Shown piece after piece: positions 1 to 5,212 of a stretch of DNA of 5,212 nucleotides. Source of the DNA: Octopus sinensis (taxonomy: Eukaryota); the NCBI RefSeq assembly GCF_006345805.1, contig NW_021830114.1, forward strand, positions 1 through 5,212, read 5' to 3'. A program made the position numbers and the translations under genes. The notes below the pieces were generated by a model. The model ran no database searches. It was not told the origin of the DNA and saw only the letters and a program-made list of their open reading frames with translations. Every line of letters starts with the position of its first letter. Position 1 is the stretch's first letter.

Positions 1-510
1 ATCGTCATCATCATCATCATCTGCATCATCATCATCATCATCATTATAATCATCATCATCCTCATCCTTATCATCATCCTCATCATCATCATCATTATCC
101 TCATCATCATCATCATCCTCATCATCATAATCATCATTCTCATACTCATCATCATCATCATCCTCATCATCATCATCATCCTCATCATCATCATCCTCAT
201 CATCCTCATCATCATCATCCTCATCCTCCTCCTATCATCATCAGCATCAACATCATCATCATCATCCTCATCCTCCTCCTATCATCATCACCATCATCAG
301 CATCATCATCATCATTATCATTATCATCAACTTCATCCTCATCATTATCATTATCATCATCATCATTACCATCATCATTATCCTCCTCCTCATCATCATC
401 ATCCTCATCATCATTATCATCATAATCATCATCATCATCATTATCATTATCATCATCATCATTACCATCATCATATCTCCTCATCTCATCATCATCCTCA
501 TATCATCATC
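1..510. repeat. Degenerate (ATC/CAT)n trinucleotide array with CTC/ATT interruptions; runs off the window start
   Basis: Directly visible period-3 ATC repeat. The poly-D and poly-M ORFs at 221-484 and 268-474 are its translations. Confidence 0.97.
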
Positions 511-659
511 TTAGTGAGTTTTCCAGTATTTAAGTTCTATACTTAGGCACACACACACACTGAACGTAAAGAGTCGTAAATAAAATAACACAATTTATTT
601 CCTCTGAAAGTAATAAGAAACAAGAACAGGAGAAAAGAAGGAAGACAGTTTATTAAAGG

Positions 660-790
660 ACCCCCTGGGTATTACTGGTACAGATTATATTGACCCCAGA
701 GTGATAGTAAATATTCTGGTAGGATTTGAACATGGAACATAAAAGAGACAAATGTAAATACTGTAAGGGGATGATTCTGTATTTAGCCCA
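660..790 (-). mobile_element. Possible highly decayed tRNA-derived SINE remnant (different family from the one at 1827-2230)
   Basis: The minus strand reads ...cttacagtatttacatttgtctcttttatGTTCCATGTTCAAATCCtacc...ctctGGGGTCAATATAATCTGTACCAGT..., i.e. a B-box-like GTTCAAATCC followed by a segment resembling, from memory, an abundant octopus SINE body (ggggtcgataaaataagtaccagt). No clear A box. Confidence 0.35.
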
Positions 791-1121
791 GGGTCCGAGT
801 AAATAGGGAAACTACAAAGGAGAGAGAGTGAGGAAGAAAGAGAGAAAGTAGTTCTAGATGGGAGGAAAGGAAGAAGAGAGAGGATTTGAACCTGTGACGT
901 TGAGGAAATGGAGAACGAGATGACGTAAAGTGTCCAGTCAGGCAACAATAACAATTATGGTGATGATTAATTAATAAAGTAGATTACAGTGCGAAAGAGA
1001 GAAGAAAGACAATGACCCCATGGTGGGATTATGACATGAATGACTGCATGAAAAAGAAACAAACATTATTGAAAACATAAAAGAAACAGATTTGGATATT
1101 CCAGATCCAATGGGGACTTAC

Positions 1122-1276
1122 CTCCGAACTGCCACATGCAGTGGTGTGTCTCCATCGTTGTCTACCACATTGGCATCAATGCCATTGTGACCCAACAAAA
1201 TGTCGACAGTGTGCAAGTATCCATCCGAACAGGCGAAGTGCAGCGGTGTGCGACCACGTCCATCTCGAGGATTAAC
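1122..1276 (-). CDS. Internal coding exon (155 nt, phase 0 to phase 2) of an ankyrin-repeat protein
   Basis: Acceptor ttttattcttttcttcatcAG at 1277 and donor AG|GTAAGT at 1121. Translates to VNPRDGRGRTPLHFACSDGYLHTVDILLGHNGIDANVVDNDGDTPLHVAVR with two TPLH ankyrin motifs. It is missing from the ORF track because it has no ATG start. Confidence 0.93.
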
Positions 1277-1439
1277 CTGATGAAGAAAAGAATAAAAACA
1301 TTAAAAATGGTGTCTGAAAGGGGAGTCGGGTGGTGAAGAATTAAAAGAAAAACTCACAGAAAAAGAGAAGAGAAGGAATGAAATTAATTAAACAGGTGGA
1401 ATGATTGGGGTGGGGAGTAGGTAATGGAGATTTCTATTG

Positions 1440-1594
1440 TATATACACACACGTGTATACACACATACATATGTACATATAAATATATTTATACACACAC
1501 ACACAAACACACGCATATAGGATGAATAACTCAATAAATAAACACATAGAGCAGCAAAATGTGTGTGTGTGTGTATGTGTGTATGTGTGTGTGT
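1440..1594. repeat. Compound (CA)/(TA) then (GT)n microsatellites
   Basis: Visible dinucleotide runs at ~1440-1515 and 1560-1594. Confidence 0.9.
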
Positions 1595-1601
1595 TCATAG
1601 T

Positions 1602-1818
1602 TACATTTATTCTTTTATTCTTTCATTTGTTTCAGTCATGTGACTGTGGCCATGCTGGAGCACTGTCTTTAGTCGAGCAAATCGACCCCAGCAAGCCTAG
1701 TACTTATTTTATTCATTTCTTTTGCAGAAACGCTAGTTTACGGGGACGTAAACACACCAGCATCGGTTGTCAAGCGATGTTGGGGGACAAACACAGACAC
1801 ACAAACACACACACACAC
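1602..1818 (-). mobile_element. 5'-truncated SINE copy (3' half only, starting at the internal (GT)n tract)
   Basis: Homologous to 1827-2050 (tgtttcagtca..gactgyggccatgctggagcac...cggggacgtaaac...catcggttgtcaagc...gggggacaaacacagacacacaaaca). Ends on the minus strand in an AAAGAATAAAAGAATAA-type tail. No A/B box head. Confidence 0.85.
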
Positions 1819-1826
1819 GCAATATA

Positions 1827-2230
1827 TTCTCTTTCTCTTTTACTCTTTTACTTGTTTCAGTCAATTGACTGCGGCCATGCTGGAGCACCGCCTTTAATCA
1901 AGCAACTCGACCCCGGGACTTATTCTTTTGTAAGCCCAGTACTTATTCTATCGGTCTCTTTTGCCGAACCGCTAAGTGACGGGGACGTAAACATCGGTTG
2001 TCAAGCAATGCTAGGGGGACAAACACAGACACACAAACATATACACACACATACATATATATATACATATATACGACAGGCTTCTTTCAGTTTCCGTCTA
2101 CCAAATCCACTCACAAGGCTTTGGTTGGCCCAAGGCTATAGTAGAAGACACTTGCCCAAGGTGCCACGCAGTGGGACTGAACCCGGAACCATGCGGTTCG
2201 TAAGCAAGCTACTTACCACACAGCCACTCA
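1827..2230 (-). mobile_element. Near full-length tRNA-derived CORE-type SINE with internal (TA/TG)n microsatellite
   Basis: Minus strand order: A box TGGCTGTGTGG (2226-2216), B box GGTTCAGTCCC (2183-2173), CORE-like ACCTTGGGCAAGTG (2162-2149), internal microsatellite (~2073-2022), unique 3' body, and a short AAAAGAGT/AAAGAG tandem tail. It resembles octopus tRNA-derived SINEs from memory; the exact family is not verified. Confidence 0.88.
2173..2226 (-). promoter_or_regulatory. Pol III type-2 internal promoter (A box and B box) of the SINE
   Basis: A box TGGCTGTGTGG and B box GGTTCAGTCCC (one mismatch to GGTTCGANNCC), 32 bp apart. Confidence 0.75.
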
Positions 2231-2287
2231 TGCATATATATATCTGCATATATATAAGGCCAGATGTGTGTGTGTGTGTGTGTACGT

Positions 2288-2325
2288 TTTTGTAATTTAT
2301 GCACATTTTTGTAATTTATGCACAT
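2288..2325. repeat. Perfect 2x19-bp tandem duplication (ttttgtaatttatgcacat)
   Basis: 2288-2306 is identical to 2307-2325. Confidence 0.92.
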
Positions 2326-2927
2326 TTACAATTAGCACGCTCAAATTTTAGGGGGTCATTCGTCATGACCCCGGCAGTATTTTCGTCAAATTTCTCCCGA
2401 GACATCCGCGAATAGCGGTAAATAATTTTGAGCCATAACTTCTAAATTTTTAAGATGGCGAAAGCTACCATTGTTTACAAAGCAAACATTAATTAAGTCA
2501 CCTCCTAGCGACGTGTAAAGAGAGGGAGGGAGAGGGAGAGATTTTTATAATTTCGTCTTTTTACTGGCAATAACAGACAGACAGGTGTTGTTATGTATGT
2601 TTGTATGTGTGAATGGCTTCAGTCACGCATACACACACGCGAGCATGTATGCGTAAAAGACACATATATGCAATGTTTGTGTGTGTGTGTTGCGTATATA
2701 TATATACGGGCAACATAAACGATATTCTCCGTTTCTCCACAACTAATTTCCTAATTAGCAGAATCCGTTGTCCCTAATCATAGCTGGTCGTGCGTGAACA
2801 TGGGAGAGAGCAGAGGTTAACAGAGCAAAAGACCTACGTGTTGACTGTAGACACGCTCCTTCGCAAACGATCAGCTATTATTTTGTAAACAATGTTTCGA
2901 AACTGTTCATGTTTTCGAAAGGAGAGG

Positions 2928-3138
2928 GGTCAACCTAAAGCGTTTGACCCGGTCATAAAAACAAACAAAAAATAGTAATATGTGTAAAACAACTTCCTCT
3001 AAACGAATATGACCAAAAAAATGTGCGCTCGCGAAAGGAGGGTGGGGGGGAGAGGCCTATGGCCTTTTCTTTGATAATATCTTTCTTGCTCATTTAAATT
3101 CAGTACAATGCAGTCTTGCCTTGAACCAAACATTTCTC

Positions 3139-3171
<33 letters not shown>

Positions 3172-3404
3172 TCTTGATAATCGTTTAGAACAAGTTGTTT
3201 TACACCTATTACACTATTTTTTTGTTTTTGTGCCCGGGTCAGACACGTAACATTCACGATGTGAATTTTCCGAGGCCTCTCCCCCACTCCCTTTTCGCGA
3301 GCGCACATTTTTTGGGTCATATTCATTTAGAGGAACTTATTTTACACCTATTACACGATTTTTTTGTTTGTTTTTAAGACCCGGTGAAACGCTTTAGTTT
3401 GACC
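2928..3404. mobile_element. Non-autonomous DNA transposon (MITE/fold-back), 477 bp, ~131-bp TIRs, 8-bp TSD AGGAGAGG
   Basis: 2928-3058 is the reverse complement of 3273-3404 (roughly 85-90% identity by eye). Termini are GGTCAA...TTGACC. AGGAGAGG lies immediately outside both ends (2920-2927 and 3405-3412). No transposase ORF. Confidence 0.9.
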
Positions 3405-3512
3405 AGGAGAGGTATGACTTTCACATCTCTGCGGAAGAAGGCAGGCTTCTCTATTCCTGTTACAAAACCTACTTCCGGGTGCCAAACTTGCTTTAATTAA
3501 TGGTATTAATGG

Positions 3513-3513
<1 letters not shown>

Positions 3514-3558
<45 letters not shown>

Positions 3559-3710
3559 ATATATATAATATATATATATATGTATATATATACTTATTTA
3601 TATGTGTATATACATATGTATATATATATATATATATATCTTTTATATCTTATAGGCATATATACAGTGTACATACGGTATATATACGATTATATATACA
3701 TACCTATATA
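3514..3710. repeat. Long imperfect (TA)n microsatellite
   Basis: Visible TA run with TG/CA interruptions. Source of the poly-YI ORFs at 3514-3711 and 3516-3746. Confidence 0.95.
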
Positions 3711-3993
3711 AGTGTGCCTCGAAGGACGGGAGAGGAGTTGAGTTAAAATTCGCAAGAGTAGATTTTGTTTCCTCGTAATTTACCGAAAGACGGATAAATT
3801 GTTAGGAAAATTTAGAGAAAATCCTTTCAGGGAAGATTAGGATTATTTCGGAATATAATATGAATGAAGAGAAACACTAACATATGCACACAACAATTTA
3901 CATTATATATACATCCATACATTTTATTTGTATATATATGTATATACGCACAGACATACACACACACGCACACACACATATATAGTCACTAAC

Positions 3994-4147
3994 CTCAACA
4001 GCTTCCTCTTTCATTATAGCTTTCACACCATCTGTCCATTCCGGAGATGAACTTGCAGCCAAATGGAGAGGAGTATATCCGCGGTTGGTCTTCTCGTTGA
4101 CATTGCTGCCCCGAGAGAGTAATAGCTCCACAGCTTGCAGTCGACGC
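3994..4147 (-). CDS. Internal coding exon (154 nt, phase 2 to phase 0) of an ankyrin-repeat protein
   Basis: Acceptor ttgtttctatcttttcctctcAG at 4148 and donor GAG|GTTAGT at 3993. Encodes RRLQAVELLLSRGSNVNEKTNRGYTPLHLAASSSPEWTDGVKAIMKEEAVE, with a classic ankyrin VELLLSRGSNVN...GYTPLHLAA signature. Confidence 0.93.
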
Positions 4148-4217
4148 CTGAGAGGAAAAGATAGAAACAATGACTAATTTACATTAAATATGAAATTATT
4201 TTGGCTTTCAAACGAAA

Positions 4218-5212
4218 CATCATCATCATCATCACCATCATTATCACCTGCACAATTATCATCGCAATCATCATCATCAACATCATAGCCATCGTCATCA
4301 TTGCCACCACCTCCATCATTAACATCATCACCGTCATCACCATCATCGCCATGATCACCATCATCATCATCGCCATCATTATCATCATAGCCTACATCAT
4401 CAACCTCATCATCATCTCCATCATCATCATCACCATCATTGCAATTATCATCGTCAACATCATCATTCATCGCCACCATCACCATCATAATCTCCAACAT
4501 TAACATAATCAACATTATCATCATCAACTTCATCAACATTCATCGCAACTATCATCATAACCATCACCATCGGCATCATCATAGACATCATAACCATCAT
4601 CAACCTCATCGTATTCATCATCATCATCCTCGGCTTCAACATCATCATCATCATCATCACCATCATCATTATCACGATCGACATCATCATTATCATCATA
4701 ATATCATCATAATATCGTTATCATCATCATCATCCTCATCATTATCATCATCATCATAATCATCATCATCATCCTCATCATCATCATCATCATCATCAAT
4801 ATCATCATCATCATCATCATCATCCTCATCATCCTCATCATCATCCTCATCATCCTCATCATCATCCATCCTCCTCCTCCTCCTCCTCATCATCATCATC
4901 ATCCTCATCATCATCCTCATCATTATCATCATCATTATTATCATCCTCATCATCATCAACATCATCATCCTCCTCCTCCTCCTCCTCATCATCATCATCA
5001 CTATCATCCCCTTCCTCCTCCACTTCATCATCATCATCATCCTCATCCTCTTCATCATCATCACCATCATCATCACCATCATCCTCATCATCCTCATCCT
5101 CATCCTCATCATCCTCATCCTCATCATCATCATCATCATCTTCCTCCTCCTCCTCCTCATCATTATTATCCTCCTCCTCCCCTCCTCCTCCTCATCTTCA
5201 TCCTCATCCTCA
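4218..5212. repeat. ~1-kb degenerate (ATC/CAT)n array with CTC runs; runs off the window end
   Basis: Visible period-3 repeat. All ORFs in 4174-5163 are low-complexity translations of it. Confidence 0.97.

Larger units (their letters stand above)
1277..3993 (-). other. GT-AG intron (2717 bp), phase 0, of the ankyrin gene
   Basis: Donor GAG|GTTAGT at 3993 and acceptor CAG|GTT at 1277. Joining gives ...MKEEAVE|VNPRDGRGRTPLH..., which is in frame and continues ankyrin periodicity. An additional cryptic exon inside cannot be excluded. Confidence 0.82.

Noticed and set aside
221-484. Poly-Asp and poly-Met ORFs
   Set aside because: Translations of the left ATC array.
685-954. 89-aa S/L/F-rich minus-strand ORF as the next exon
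   Set aside because: No ankyrin or other motif. The composition reflects CT-rich intron sequence, and the candidate acceptor near 892 in the required phase gives a short unrelated peptide.
1136-1336. 66-aa + strand ORF
   Set aside because: It is the antisense shadow of the real minus-strand ankyrin exon.
2173-2230. tRNA gene
   Set aside because: A and B boxes are present but there is no cloverleaf acceptor stem, and it continues directly into CORE-like SINE body.
1522-2295. 257-aa + strand ORF with a repeated CDCGHAGA motif
   Set aside because: It is an antisense read-through of two SINE copies plus microsatellites. The peptide repeat simply mirrors the SINE duplication.
2470-2894. 13-bp inverted match cattgtttacaaa (2470-2482) / tttgtaaacaatg (2882-2894)
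   Set aside because: It does not extend, has no TSD and is AT-rich, so it is probably chance.
3090-3377. Overlapping 78-aa and 60-aa ORFs in the MITE
   Set aside because: Too short, crossing a (GT)n tract, with no transposase features.
2452-3478. YY1-like (2452) and ETS-like ACTTCCGG (3471) motifs as an intronic promoter
   Set aside because: Isolated short motifs about 1 kb apart with no supporting promoter architecture.
4174-4539. Asp/Gly-rich ORF resembling acidic biomineralisation proteins
   Set aside because: It is one frame of the (GAT)n array. Variants hit all triplet positions, other frames are equally open, and there are no convincing splice sites or signal peptide.
4201-5163. Poly-Ile, poly-His, poly-Met and poly-Arg ORFs
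   Set aside because: Stop-poor translations of the ATC/CTC array.

Overview
AT-rich, microsatellite-dense eukaryotic (animal) genomic DNA. The SINE sequence and repeat landscape suggest an octopus or other coleoid cephalopod (inference from memory, not searched). The window holds two in-frame minus-strand coding exons of an ankyrin-repeat gene (4147-3994 and 1276-1122) separated by a 2717-bp GT-AG intron. The intron contains a near full-length tRNA-derived CORE-type SINE with a second 3'-half copy next to it. It also contains a 477-bp fold-back element (MITE-like) with ~131-bp terminal inverted repeats and a perfect 8-bp target-site duplication. Long degenerate (ATC)n arrays occupy both ends of the window. 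Nearly all ORFs in the supplied track are artefacts of simple repeats or the antisense strand of repeats or exons. I see no evidence of a new multi-gene system; the GG-ended MITE is the best candidate for something undescribed.
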